Shown piece after piece: positions 41,601 through 56,000 of a stretch of 64,000 bases of DNA; within the stretch, counting starts at the first letter, position 1; the number at the start of each line of letters is the position of its first letter. A program made the translations under genes and the position numbers. Below the pieces are notes generated by a model that saw only the letters and a program-made list of their open reading frames with translations, had not been told where the DNA came from and made no database searches. This stretch comes from Lingula anatina (Eukaryota; Animalia; Brachiopoda), in contig CM120640.1 in the NCBI GenBank assembly GCA_051362555.1, forward strand, positions 45,796,788-45,860,787, read 5' to 3'.

Positions 41601-44600
41601 GATCCTATCAAGTAAAATCCTCTGACAACATTCTAGATCCAATATGGCCGCTGGCAATGGCGCCAATTAAGATGTTCCAATTTTTTTGCTGCTAAGAGTC
41701 AGCGTCAAATATTAGGAGATAAACATCCAAAGCGTCAGATGTTTGTAAAATGAGCAATTCCACATTTTTGTGACTTTTCAATTATTATCATTGACTTGCA
41801 GCGATTAATTTTGAAAAAAAATAGACAAAAGCCGTTCAGTTTAATTAACAAAATTAGTTAATAAAATTAGCATCTTACTGAATTTATATCCACCAATACA
41901 TCTAACCCTTAAATTGATAACTTACTATTTTCACGACAAAATATTTTTGACGAAAAAAATAATGAACCCATTCTTTTCTCATTTCCTTTTAGGGAGTTTC
42001 TTCAAGAGTGTGTGAACGCCTTTTACTTGTAAGGGGATTTTAAGATATCTGATTTCGTGCATGTGTTTTTGACGTGTGTTTTCAAGGCAGAAAAAAATAG
42101 AAGGTATTAATACGTTTTGAGCTTAAAAGATAAATCTTAGAATATACCCGATATGTTTAACAAGATTAACACTGCTAATTTTGATTAACTATATATGAAT
42201 GGCTGCTTTAGATTATGTTTTCTTCAATAAAATATTAAATCGCTTTCATAAAATTTTATTTAACTCTCAAAAATTTTCTTTTTTTTCTTCTTCCTATCCT
42301 GTCCTTCTCTTGCTGCGTTTTTGATACAGATGAATGTCTTTCAAGCTTTGGAAAAAAGTATATGCACAAGTTGATTGAAACGCCTGTGGTCAGCTCAATA
42401 AATTTATATGTATATACACGTATGATATTTTTTGGCAATAAAAAATTAAAATACTAAATAAAATAACAAATTTGATACAAAACGATAATGCATTATTATT
42501 AACAAGTGCTATGATTTTAGGTATAACTTTCAGATAAGATGCAGCATCACGCCTGAAATAGAAAAGTAAAAGCAGAAAAACCAGTGTTGATATTTTTGAG
42601 GTTGATGAAATATTCCACAGACATTAGTATAAAGCCTCGGTGGGTCGCTGTGGTTTGGCTTCTCAATTGACACAAGATTTCTTTCTTTTTTCTTTAACTG
42701 AGTCGGCAAAATAATTTTCCGTACATTTTGTTAGCAGGTATGTCATGCTGCCATAGCAACCGCATGTAGGGGTCGGGGGCAAGCCCTAGTTGCCTTCTTC
42801 CCTCCAACGTTTTTTTCTTTGTAGAAAACCAGGCTGTTTCGCTAGTTAAGAGAGATACTAAAACTAAAACGGCACGACTTCCAGATGTTATCTTTTCATA
42901 ATTCTAAGAATGCCTATCATACAATTTATATATCACTCCATGCGAAATGTTCGTTGTACATTTATATGTGAATTTCAACTGTTCATCACTCTGAATTGAA
43001 AGACATATTCTTCTCTATGCAATCTCCTTATTCAAGGCGAGCATATCAGCATGTTCCTATATTCATCTACTGGGAGATGATACACATGCACAATACTTAA
43101 TGCTCTGTTACCTTTTTATTCATAATCTATTTATGGAATTGGGCCACAAAGCTTAAATAATTAATCCGCACAAATTAAGAGAGACAGTCCAAAACCAACA
43201 TTCCTTCACACGGGAAGGATACATGATTACTCGGTCAGATGTATGGATGACAAATAAAGCTAATTTTTTTCTTTGTTCTTTCATACATGACATTACGCGA
43301 GCTTCATTGACACTTAACATGAATGGCTGCGGCTTAGGGTGTGTGAGATGCATCTATTCACAACGCGATTGTCCGTTATTGTAGGCTGTATGAAGAACCT
43401 TTTTTTTCAAAGTGAAGTGCATTGCTTTATGTCATATTTCCCGTAAGGCATCTAAATTTTCTGTTCCAGTGTTTGGCGGATATAATCATGTCTAAAGATG
43501 AGCAAATCAAAAACTGTGGGACCATTAGCGAGAGTAACCACTGTAATGCAAATCTATCATATAATTTAGAGGATTCATTTAAGAGAAAATGCGCCGACAA
43601 ATTACAATTATGTTTTTTCCTGGAATATTAGCTTAAAAACCAAATCTAGAATCCCAAAACGCTATTTACCATGTTAGGAGATGTAATATTTTTCCAGCTC
43701 TCCAGTGAGGAGATGCTAATTTAAAATGCCATATCTGTTCTCGTTTTGCTTCTATCAACAGTTTAACCATTGCTGCCACAATTTGTCTGTTGACTTTAAA
43801 CTCACAACAATAGGACACGGTGCAATGTTTTGAATCAGGGTTTATTATTTTATTTTTTATATTTTCAAAGAGCGATATTTTGACGCATATGAAAACGAAA
43901 ACTACCTGCCTCTGCGCTGAACAGGTACCTGATAGGTTCAAATATATGCATTTTGTTTACTGAAAAATCATGACATCCCTTATCTTTAGTCTAAAACAAC
44001 ACGCAAAAATATCTTACGAATATGCTAAAAATTTGTAGGTTATCGGACTATCGTATATGAATATACACTTATTAAAAAAGTAAAATGAAATTTGTAAACC
44101 TAATAGCTTCAATAGAATCATACGTTTGCAAACGTTGTTTTTGCTAATACGTGTCAAAGAGCCATTTATTTACGTAATGCAACTGGGTATGTCGTGGTTG
44201 ACGGGGCTCACCAAGTCCTCAGGCTCAGATTTAAATGATGTACGATCTCATGGCATATCACGACTGCAGGAGCTGTTTATCCCTCTTAACCGACCCTTAG
44301 AGCTCGATCTATCATAGATAAGACACACAGGTAGAATAGTAAGCTATTTTTTATCAGAAATAGTCGCACTCCGCAACCTCTCACTCGTACAATATTCAGC
44401 GATAACGAGAATCTTGAACTCACCCAGACTTATGTTGACATCAAAATGAACAAAGACAAAGGACCAAGTGTTCTTCGGTGTCGTGATGGTAAAACTTATT
44501 CAACAAAAAATGATTTGACAGATTTTAAAAAGTACGCCTGCACTCTTTGACACTCAATTTTGAGTCCTTAGCTTACCCTTATATTTTAAAATTCGCGCCT

Positions 44601-46550
44601 CTTTATTTAAAGGGCTTGCATAATTATAAAACTGGTAAAAGTTTACAGCCTGTCATGGCGTGAAAGCTTTCTAATGCAATCACGTGTGATATTACACTAA
44701 CAGATAGATTGCGCTTATTGCGTGAAATGTATTTTTATTTAAACTCAGTGAAATATTAAAAATTCAGGAAGCCTATATTTGTAGTATGTTTTAGGGGTAT
44801 AATGTCGTTACAGTGAAACGAGAGCTCTGGATGCAGTAGTACTTCATAAAAGCATTATCAATCAATATTAAATTATAGAGAAAAAGTTACAAAAATGAAA
44901 ATTGCTCTTGCTTTTGTACATGTTTCGGAAATGGTCATTTCATAAACTTTCGGAAAAATAATAATTAATTCAGTACAAAAAATAATTTAAAAAAGATAAA
45001 AATCTTACTTATGGTTAATTTTGCTTCGTTTTAACCCATAAAAGGCAGCCACAAGTAAAGTTAACATTTTTGTTTTCCATTCTTCAAACCCCTTTTCCTT
45101 TTCGAATGGTACAGAAATTCAACGGTCAAGTAAGTTTATTTCATTTCATTTTTTACTTTTAAAAATGCAAGAAAATTAATATTTTTATTTTTGATCATTA
45201 CTTAGTTGTAACTTGTTTGTTCATGTTAATATATATGTGTTTTTTCTTAGAGAAAAAAATCGTATCTATTCATTAAATTGTTCAGAAATAAATACACAAA
45301 ATTTGTACTTTTCCTAGTGTCTATTCTTTTATTTTTCCTCCACCTCTTTCATAATTTTTACATTTGTATTTTAATTTCGTAACATTGGTTTATTTAATCT
45401 TATTTAAATTGCTTAATCTGTTGAATCTTGATATTCGATCTTCATCAGTATTTACTTTTACGCTATACACAATGTAAATTATCTTTGCAAATCCCACTTT
45501 CTAGTGAACAAATGTTGCAATATTTTCCCCAAGACAACCCATTCAAAGGGGAATTTTGGTGTAGATAAGGCTAACTTGATCATTTAAGAATGTCAAATAA
45601 GGCCTTAGTAACCATCGAACCTCACTGTCAATCGTTCCGAGTGTTTTTCTATATCACGTTCAACTTAGGGGCATACTGACACCTTAGCATGGAAGCGACA
45701 CCTTGAATACTAATCGTGCCCTGCTGCAATCTGGGATATCCGAGTGGGCCAATGTTACTAGTAAATGCTGTATAGGTAAAGTATACGAGCGACCCTTACT
45801 AGATTTAATATTATTACAATATGGCCAATATCACAGCGAAACATGACATAAACATTTATCCATCCGTTAGTAAATCCTTTGTCACCGAATTGATTTTCTA
45901 CGTTTTATTCGAAGGCCAATACAGCCCCGCGGAGCAGTGAATAAATTGCTGTTTTCGTCTTTAATGCAAATTATTTGATATGGTATTGTATTTCATTTGA
46001 GGATCTTTTTTTTCTAGATAGATTGTATTTTCAGTTCGTTCCCACGGTGTGCAGGAATTTGGAACGTAGGTAAAAAGCGAATGGATGATAATGTGACCAA
46101 ACGTTTAAAGTTCATAGCACACCTTTGTCTTCCCTTATGCTAATTGAAAAATGAAAAGTGGCATTCAATACAAAAGAATATCAAATTGATTTTCAAAAAT
46201 ATGGGTAATATAATTGTTTTACTTTCAGTTTAAACAACATGCCTTCCAAACGCTTATACGCAGTATTGGGTTGCACGTTCCGACAAAAACAACCCTGATA
46301 TCATTAAGCCAGTAAAATAAAAATATTAATTTCTCAGAAAAAAATCCTATTATTTTCTTACGCATCAGTATTCTATTCACGTATTTCCTCTGCGCGCGTC
46401 TTGTTGAGACAAAAAATAATAGAATGAGTCACCAGTGGAAGATATAAACACCAAGAGTAAAAAAGATACTCGAGCAGATGTACGAATACCAGAGAAAGGT
46501 GAATCTTTATCTTCTATCTTTTGTTTTCATTTTCTCTCTCTTTATACCAG

Positions 46551-46606
46551 AAGATCCAAGATCTTGACAACATCACCTCTTCTGACCTGGTTGATCCACT
46601 TACAAG
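46551..46606 (+). other. Orphan 56-nt exon candidate
   Basis: ~45-nt polypyrimidine tract ending TATACCAG (46550), then consensus donor AAG|GTAAGT at 46606/46607. Confidence 0.4.
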
Positions 46607-48617
46607 GTAAGTGTACTGGTAATACGAGTTCCTTCTATTTTTAATGCTTTTTTCTTTTTTTTTAATCAATTTCTTTGCATGTTATTGTTGGGGAAAACTG
46701 ATTGTACGTCTGTTTTGTTATTGAATTCCTCCCGCATAGAAATTGTGACGTTTTTATTAATTTTGAAAGTTATATTTATCATGTTCTAATTTAAGCTTTA
46801 CAAAATTTCTCATTTATCTATGCTTAACCGTCGAAATGTGTAAATTACTATACTCCTGGTATATTTTCCTAAAATGATTCTAAATGAAAAACAAAACGTG
46901 GTTCCAATCCTGTTGAGGCATTTTAACTGTTTATTTCCCGCGAATATTATATCTATTTTTGAAAAAATTATTATCTGTGCTCCACAAATTGATAGTTTAA
47001 AAGTGCCATTAAAGATGTTACATAATCTTCAATTGTTTTCTTATGTCGATTACAGCACTTGTACCAGGGTTAATCCCCAAAAAATAATGATATTAATAAT
47101 AATAATAAACCCATGTAAACTTCAAAAAGGAAAATGAAGCAACCATCATATCCCCCGAGAAAAATAATAAAAACGAAATGCCGTGGTTCTGCCATAACGC
47201 TCACGTAACAGACCACATTTTGCAACAACTAAGCGAAGAAAGCTGTCACAGTAAAATAAGCACAGTAGCATTGAGGAGCATTCTGTTTTATTTCAAAGTA
47301 GTCACGAAACGTGTTACTTTCAGTTCATACATGCACCGGTTCCATTCGCGATACGTTAAGACCTCTGCCCTTGCGCCTAGCTCTCTTATCTTGCTGCTTC
47401 CCTTCCCAAGTAACCGTCAGTCGTTAGTCCAGGTGATTTCCCCACCCTTCCCTGCCCTGTACTTTGGTTCGCCGTAGGGCAAGTCTGGTTTAAAATGGAC
47501 AATGCAGGCATGGTCACTAGGTATGGACTCCACGCCCGACTGACCATATATAATCACTGAGGCAACCCTGCGTTGCACTAGTATATAAACTGTGCTTTTA
47601 GTTGCGCCATGAAAAACAGAATTTGCTTGCAAATGAACTTTATGCGACCCTTGGTGAGATTTTGTCCGCGTTCACGGAATGCTGGGTTCAAACTTTTTTG
47701 TCTGAAGTGAAGTTATGTCACACTTATCGGTGCAGAATTCACACAAAAATCGGTTCATGCACCGGACACCTGAGGGTGGGTTTTGATTGGAGTTTCTGTA
47801 CTAAGTAGTCGTAAACAGCCAAATAATAAACAAAAGGGCCATAGTTCAAGGTACCGCCCTTACGTATGCTTGCAGATCAGACATTATAACTTACGTCAAC
47901 ATCTTTGTTTAATGTCAGACACTTGGATACTTTAGAAATAGTTACAAACCATAACCCGTGCTAAAACAACGTCACTTTAAACCCCTTTAAAGTTCTTTTT
48001 ATCCCGAAAAATGCACTGTGAAACCCAGACTCAAATAACAGCATTTCGATGGGTAATACAAAAGGCTTCTTGTTGTAAGCCTCATGGCATAGGTTGCACA
48101 CACCAGTCACGGTTAATAAAACTTAACTCTGCGGGTTCTTGAAACTCAGAAAGAACAGAAAACCCCTCCATTAAAATTGACACTTAAGGTTCCTTTTTCC
48201 TCTTTTATTTGCTCAACATCTTTTGGTAAACATAGGTCACAAAAAGCCCAGTGCTTATTTATTTAAATAAAAATTATATTTCATTGCATCATGAAGTTCG
48301 CGCTTCACGCTGACAGTTAATAAAGATGTGTACATAAGGTGAGTGTACACAAAGGGGCCTGATCGGAGATTTAGGTTGACTTTTTAAGTGTAAAGGCATT
48401 GTTCTAGCTGAACAGTCAGCACTGGAGGACCTTCATTGCCGCTCTATGGCGCGATTGGTATATTTCAAAGGCGCATTCCCCAGTATCAACCTTTTCTTTT
48501 ATTTCCATAGCTTATGTTGCGCATTGTGCTCTGTCGCCATGCAGTCTGGTTAGACCCAGACGTCGCTGCACCTGTGCACGACCTCGCTGACTACCCGCCA
48601 TGGGACAAAGATTGTCG

Positions 48618-48630
48618 CGACCTTTGACCT
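48618..48630 (-). promoter_or_regulatory. Near-perfect DR1 element (AGGTCA-a-AGGTCG)
   Basis: + strand CGACCT-t-TGACCT inside a CpG-rich island (48420-48710). Confidence 0.5.
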
Positions 48631-51600
48631 TCAGTATGCGTGAAAAGTGCGGGTTTCCTCAACGGTTTTTCTACTTGCGCGCCGAGAAAAATGTCTTTGA
48701 TAAAAGCGCTATACTGTACTTAAATTAATGCTGCTTGGGATAAATGTTTCCGAGCTTTTTTTATGAGAATGTTACTACGACAGTTTCAACCACCAGAGAA
48801 ATGAGAGTTGTTTCCGCTGTAAAAGGAAATGTCATCTCTCCTTGACATTTCACAAATTTGATAACCCTAAAAAACACAGTGTAAAATTTCCGTGTCAACT
48901 TTGCAGGTGCATAAATGTCACAGAAATCAATCCAATCTCCAACCACGCCTTTTCTACAACCCCTCTCTCGTGGCCGCCCACGGGGGTTTCTGGCTTGTCT
49001 TTTGTATTATACTGCTGCAGTAAAGAGAGTGTCAAATCTATAAAAAAAAAGACAGAAAACAGTTCCAAATATACTCAATTACCACTTCGAAAGCGGTTTA
49101 CATTTTTTTCATTTTTTAAAATTATTACGCTGAAATTTGAACAATTGACAACATCTTAAATGAAGAGACTGTGACACATTTATAAAGATGAAATAACTGC
49201 TTTTCCAATATCTTAGAAAGCACTTCTTGTTAAATGATGCTGTGGTCGAATAAAGACTGTACCACAATGTCTTTAGTATACATACTACGAGGTAATTAAA
49301 GTCTTTCGTTCTGTACGTATTTCATGCTAGTTCCCATTGTTACCAAAACTTTGTTGGTCTATTCAAATGCATTCTCTTTTCCTTATTATCATACGTGGCT
49401 TTAATCTTCGCAAGAACCCTGCAACTATTCATCAAAAAGCTATTTTCGATTATTTTTATTTAATCGTTTTTCTCTTTACAACTGAAAGGTCGTGTACACA
49501 ATAAGGAGAATTTCAATTTCATGATGAAGTAGGGAAACGCATATTGTGTGTTGTTGTTTAACTGTGACTGCTTTGATTCTGGTATAACATTCAAATAAAT
49601 GGTCAAAGTGTGTCAAAATGTTTTATACGGTAGTTTTTAAAGGTGTAGTATAGTGAATGTTAATCATTCCTTAATATCAGTTTATTTCAAAATGGAGATA
49701 AATAAGACCGTTTTAGGGTTTCTTTTTATCGAGGCCAAATATGAGTCGACGGAAATGGTTACGAATCAAGTCAAGAGAAAAAAAGGGAATTTCTCGTAGT
49801 ATCAGTTGCGACACAAGTGTCAGCAGGGTGGTAAAAAGACGATTCTCTCTCTTTTGTTTTGTCAAGAAAAAGACTGACATTCTACTCTCAGTGCTAACAC
49901 AATGCGTTGTTTTTCCAGAAAAAAAGCCTTTGAATAAGATTCCCCAAGTCAAAGATCTTCCAGCGCTTACTGAATTTAATGGCTTAATAACTTTGTAAAA
50001 TAGACTTACTGATTTGTAATGGGGTGTCGTATTATTCATGATCATGGGAAAAGTTATAATATTTCATTAAATGCAGGAAAAATGTCTTATTATGCTTTTG
50101 TTTTTTTTCCTCATTTATCTCATTTATTGTCAGTTTTTGTTAAATGTTTTTGTTTGTTTGTCATTAATATTTTGAATGTAATCAATAAACAATACTGTTA
50201 TATTCTTTTAGATATCTAATTGGACATTTTGTATATTCATGAAGTCTAGATTTCAACCTCTGTTTCCCCTATTGTCTCTCTAGATATTCCAGACAATTCC
50301 TAGAGCTAGATAACACAGTGATTAGCCAGAAATTTGGTATCTAAAATGCTTTCATATCCTTGAAGGTTTAAATTGAAAATAAACATTTTAAAGAACGGTT
50401 ACCATTTTGGTTTTGAATCCCAAGTGATTGAAAAACCCTTACTTAAATATACCGGTTGGCATTTAAACACTTTATTAGTAAACTAAATAGCTTTTGGTTG
50501 TAAGCCGTAATATCATGAAATTGAATTTAGAGATGGACATCATAAAAACGGAAATCGTAAAGACTCTGCCGTAAATCACAAGATATACGAGAAAGAACCA
50601 AGCAAAAGCATCAGGTGTGCAGTTAGAATGAATATCAGCGGGTTTTCTGGATTCACGTTTCAAAAATTCAACTCCATTCAAGTGAAAAAGCTACCTCAGT
50701 AAACATTTTAAAAAATCTATTGATAGCAATCGCAACACAGCAAATAAGATGTATTATTAAATTTTAGAAATATATTCAAATAATTTATTTCTACAAGTGT
50801 ATTGCTGACAAAGAGGTGATCATTGAGGAGAAGTTTCTGGGTTGGGTAGCACCGCCTGTTTGTTTCGATTCACCTTTGGGCTCACCTGACATCTTTTACA
50901 CACTCTCAGTTGCATCACGCTATTACTTGACATTGGTGGGTAAAGTCCACCAATAAACTGCCTGATAAGAGACCTAATTTATTGTGGTTCTTTTCTCAGG
51001 CCATGCTGCCACGTGTGAAACTAATCTTAAGTCTTCTCGGTTGCTTGGTTCGTATTTTTCCTTCATATCAGTTGCAAGATGCAGCGATTGAGTAAGCAAG
51101 TGAAAGACACCGGTAGATGGCGCTTAAGGACGGTGTCCAAAGAGAGGAACAACTAGCAGTGGGTATCTTGCCTTGCTTAGCTGATTTCCCCATTTTTCCC
51201 TTGTGTATATCACATCAAAATTCATTTTGCTGGGAGATATGGAAACGTACGTATTCTGCTCTCTTACTGGCTGTCGAAGACGTCAGTGGGTGATCCCCGC
51301 GCGCGCACTATGGCCCTTGTAGTACGATGCAGGCTGATTAGGAAGTGGATCAATTTTTTACTGAGGTTTCGTCAGCCGCGTTGTCTATAAAGGCTTCGTA
51401 GTAGTATTCTCTGTAGTATGAAGTAATGCCATGCATATTTTTATCACTCCCATAGGGTCTTTCCAGCACTCCAGAGAAAATTAGCAAACATTACCATGCA
51501 TAACCGTTCGACATTCAGCATAATAGAAATTACCGAGACATGAAGAAAATAGGCCTGGGCGAGAGTTGGATCGTCTTATATTTTCGGACCTGGAAGTTAA

Positions 51601-52984
51601 ATAGTCGAATCCTCATCTAACTGAAGTTGGAAAAATCGTAGGTGTTAATTTGATTTTTAAATTAATTGAGTTTTCTTTCTTCTTTCCCTGTCTTAAGCAA
51701 GCCAGTTACATTTTTCCTCTTCCCAGGTTCCTTACTCATTACTCGGTTGCTATGCGAGGAAAGTCACGTGCCCCCCAGAGACAGTTGATGTTGCTCCTGA
51801 AAAAAACAAATTAAAGAAAAACGTAAGATTAGGGCACTAATCACGTATGGTTTTACATTGCATAATGATTATGCACACACACACACTCACTCTGATTGAT
51901 CCATAACACTTAGAAGTATAGACTCTGTAATACTCCAAGGAGAACAACTAAAGGTTTCAGAATGCCCAGAATAACGAAGCGAATTTCAAAACAGACAAAA
52001 AGAGGGGAGGGTGGGATATGGGTAAATGTGTTTAAAACCAAATCCTGGCTTTTTGAACCTTGATTTGCTTTAAATAAAAACAATTAATCCTGTTACACAT
52101 CAAGAGATTTTGAGATAATTTAGGCCAAATAAAATAAAAAAGCAAAGTAGAACTGACTTTTAGAATGAAGAATATTAGGGACTTTGTAAACATGATTTTG
52201 TCATGCACATAGCTTTAATTATAAGAGGCTGACTGTGTTTTACTGACAGAATTATTTGCATGTCGTATATAACGTGTATATTCATCTGTAAATTCAAATA
52301 TTCTTATGGCTTTTTCAAATAATATCGTCCTTTAATAGATATATTCTTAAAAGATAACGGGGATGTCTCGTCAAATGCATTTAAGTAACTTGCTGTCCAT
52401 TTAGATTGATTATAAAACATGTGCCCGGATTAGTCCTTTTTACAATACAATTGACTTTAAAATACTTAGGAGTTCCTTCTACAAATTATGTGCTTTTTGT
52501 TTCTATGGTTTTGCAAGCTGTTACATATTGCTATCTGAACAGTTAAAGATGATTGGGACAGTCCGCGCTGTACCATATCTAACAGAATATCGCCGTTATG
52601 TACTTTTAAACACGACAGTTTGTTTCAAGGAATGATTTTGCAAACATCAATAAAACAAAGTAGATATAATATTGAAATTTTCGAAAAAGTATTTTCCCAT
52701 ACGCAGTGTCATTTGCACGGCCATGTATTCAGACCATAAAACCCACTAAGCTACAGCAAATATTTGTACATCTGCACTTGGCTTCCATCTAGACTGCGAC
52801 GCGCCTTTTGGCAGGATTTGTCTGTTTAATTATCTAAATTTCATTACAGCATCTATATGATACTACATCAGCCCCTAAGGTTCACTTAAAAGCGTTTAAT
52901 TATTAACCGTCCTAATGGTTGTTATTATCGGTTCGTCGCCTCCAATGTTTCTGGAAAAGGATTACAGTAAACTGGTGATAGATA

Positions 52985-53024
52985 GTGAGAGAGAGTGAGA
53001 GAGTGACGGAGAGAGAGAGAGAGA
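52985..53024. repeat. (GA)n microsatellite
   Basis: gtgagagagagtgagagagtgacggagagagagagagagaaa. Confidence 0.8.
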
Positions 53025-56000
53025 AATCGTCTATGAATAGCGATTAGAAACAGATGACATTAGTATAAAATAAGGACCAACAACACCAATTGCCCGTTCT
53101 TCATTGACTCAAAGTATGGTTTTACTCGTTTTAATGTCAGTATATAGACAGTAAATATATATATGAATAATATCATTCCTTCCCATTAGTTCATCAAATA
53201 CTAATCATCTTTATTTTTAATTAGAGTAAGACAACAGAAACGGGCTATTCAAAACACGTTGTAAATGCAGTAAATTAAATGCATTAGGGGCTTGTAAACA
53301 GACGCTACTTTGCTCGCATTTAGTGTGTCAGCTGCCATAAGTGTCACGATACAACTTGTGAAAGTACCTCGGAGACCATCCTTTGACACCTAAAACACGG
53401 GTTAAAAGCTTGTCCTAAGTTTAAATCCGCGAGGACCCCGAATATGACAGATTATAACAAACTCATGTGGAACTTCTTGCACATGAACTCTATTTCTACA
53501 AATGAAAAATAAAGCGGAGGCAGGGGCGTGAAAGGTTGGGGGGGGAGGGGGGAGGGAGCAGGTAGAAAAGGGTGGCTGTTGCATGTGCCGATTCCTCCCC
53601 CCACCCTCCGTCATTTTTCTTCGAACTTGTGATGATACATATGTTGATATATATATTTTGAAATTCACTTGGACATCAGTCACAGGATAAAGGAAAAACT
53701 GTAGAGGGTGACTGAACGTTTCATTGGTCAGGTTTTGACAGTTCAAGTCTTAGGTAAAGGAATCGTCTTGTTTTTTTTACCCAAGCACAGATTTAGCTAT
53801 CCTTATGATAGTTGCAAATTATTATCGTTTTTCTTTTTCATATTATACAGGTATTACCAAGGGTTATTCTTGTTATTATTGGTCCAACAAAAGGAATACA
53901 CTGTAGAACATATACTGCTATGTACAATTTCTTAGGCTGTGTTTTTCAAAACTATAATAAGCTGCATGTATATCTGTTTAATCGTCAGTAATTTAGAATC
54001 TGGCTTTATTTTTTGACTGCTCTTAACGTGCGGTGACACCCCCAACAGACAGCGGTCATAAACAATTAAAAAACCCTTTCTTAGCTGTGTTCAATATCAG
54101 GTTTTAAGGTGGGGTTACGGAAATATTTTAGAGATATAACTGACTTTTAAATTAAGCACTGTGATATCAATAACCCATAACTTGATTAAAAAAAAAGGAA
54201 ACAAAAAAGAAAAGACAGAAAATATGATGTGAACGCGAATCACACCGTTTCAGTAATTCAGAATAACCTTCTCCGTCACGTCATCTTTATTTCGCTTGCA
54301 CTTTACGATTATGACCTCAGAATAACCGACTCTATATTATTGCGTTATTCTCAATGCAGATTTAGTCATTGCAATTACATGCAATTATCTATGACATTTA
54401 TGCAGAGTGTGTTTTTACAAGTTATGTTTTCCGCGTGAAAAGGCGACATTCACGCTTGTCAATACTGTTAACCGTTTAATGTTCAATACCCATTTATTCC
54501 GTCTTTTAGCCACTGGACCGTTTTGAAATTTTCACACTTTCGTGAGTTCTTGGAGGAAATCAACCACTCCACGGTGGTTGCGCAAGCAGGTGTTCGTTCC
54601 ACGTGAACGGCAGGTGTGAAGCTTGCAATTATACACAGCCCTAGATGTTTATTTTGTCACTTTTACACAGAGGAGCCAATGCTTTTCCTTTTTGGAGCAA
54701 TTTCGACTTGGATAAGATAATTTCATTCACTGAAATAGATATTACTTAATTTCACAAAAAGAAATCTTCAGAAAGAAAGCCCTTTTATGTGTTTCTTTTT
54801 GCATTAAAAATAATTGAACATTAATATTTACGCGAGCAGATGCCTTACCAGACAATTCATTGATTCTTTTAAACATGAAAGGCTGAAGGTAAATAACAAA
54901 TTTCTTTCATCTCTTTGATAAATAGTTTCTAGATGTAAAATTATCCATTTTTGATCCTTGTTTTTTTTAAATATATTTACATATATTTTGAATTGATTAC
55001 CACCGATTTTGCACTCCATGTGAACGCATGTAAGCAATGACGTGTACAACATTGTTTCGCCCCTCATAGTATTGGCCACATCGGCCACTCAGTTTTGCTT
55101 CAGTTGTCATCCATATTAAAAAAAAAACCTTGCCTTGTTAAGTAGATGAATGAACAAATGATTTTTATAGATGGATTAACAATCCGATGGATTCCGATCT
55201 TGATTCTTGAGAGAGACAACAGAAAATGCATATATAACGACGTAACTGACAATTCAATTACTAGCCTAGTATAAATTCAGGCAAGCAGAAAGTTAGAAAT
55301 ATGAAAGTTGAGAAAGGGCGCGCGTTATTGATAAAGCACAGTGAGTGTGTATGGGGAGGGGGGGGGGTAAAGGAGAGAAGATGATAAAAATAATAGCTAA
55401 GTGAAAAGCCAATAAGAAAATAAGATCACGTATGCCTCGATTATGTGACTTAGAGAAATAATTTCCGTGACTATGTAGCAAAATGAGTAAATATTGAGCT
55501 GGGTCAACAGACAACAGAGATATAAGCAACTGGAATGATTTTAGAAATTCCATTCTGCTGGAAGGATTTTAGATATTGAATATTTCGCCCAACTTGACCT
55601 ATTTATCTGCCTTGAATTATGCAATGTAGAAACCATATACTCTGCCGTCTCTATTCAGAATGCACTTACGTGCATTTCTCTTTTCATAAAATGTTCATGA
55701 GGATAAGATATATGAATACCACGCAATTAACTATTAAATGCGTCATTATCGGCGTCATTGTTGAGTTGATTATTTTTAATCTTATATCACTGTGCAAGCA
55801 GAAACTAATATTTTATTTAAAAGTTCAGTCTGGCTATTGAATCTCTGTTACGGTGTGTGTTATACTTGGTAATGATTAAGTAATTAAATCTGAACGGGCA
55901 TATTTTTACAAAAAATGCATTTATTGTGCGATCACATGTATTCAAAGTCTTTTGTAATGCATCCACTTCTGCTGGATATTCCTTGATCAAGCCTTTTTAT

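Noticed and set aside
50300-50314. AGCTAGATAAC resembling miR-9-3p
   Set aside because: No complementary 5p arm (TCTTTGGTTATCTAGCT) nearby
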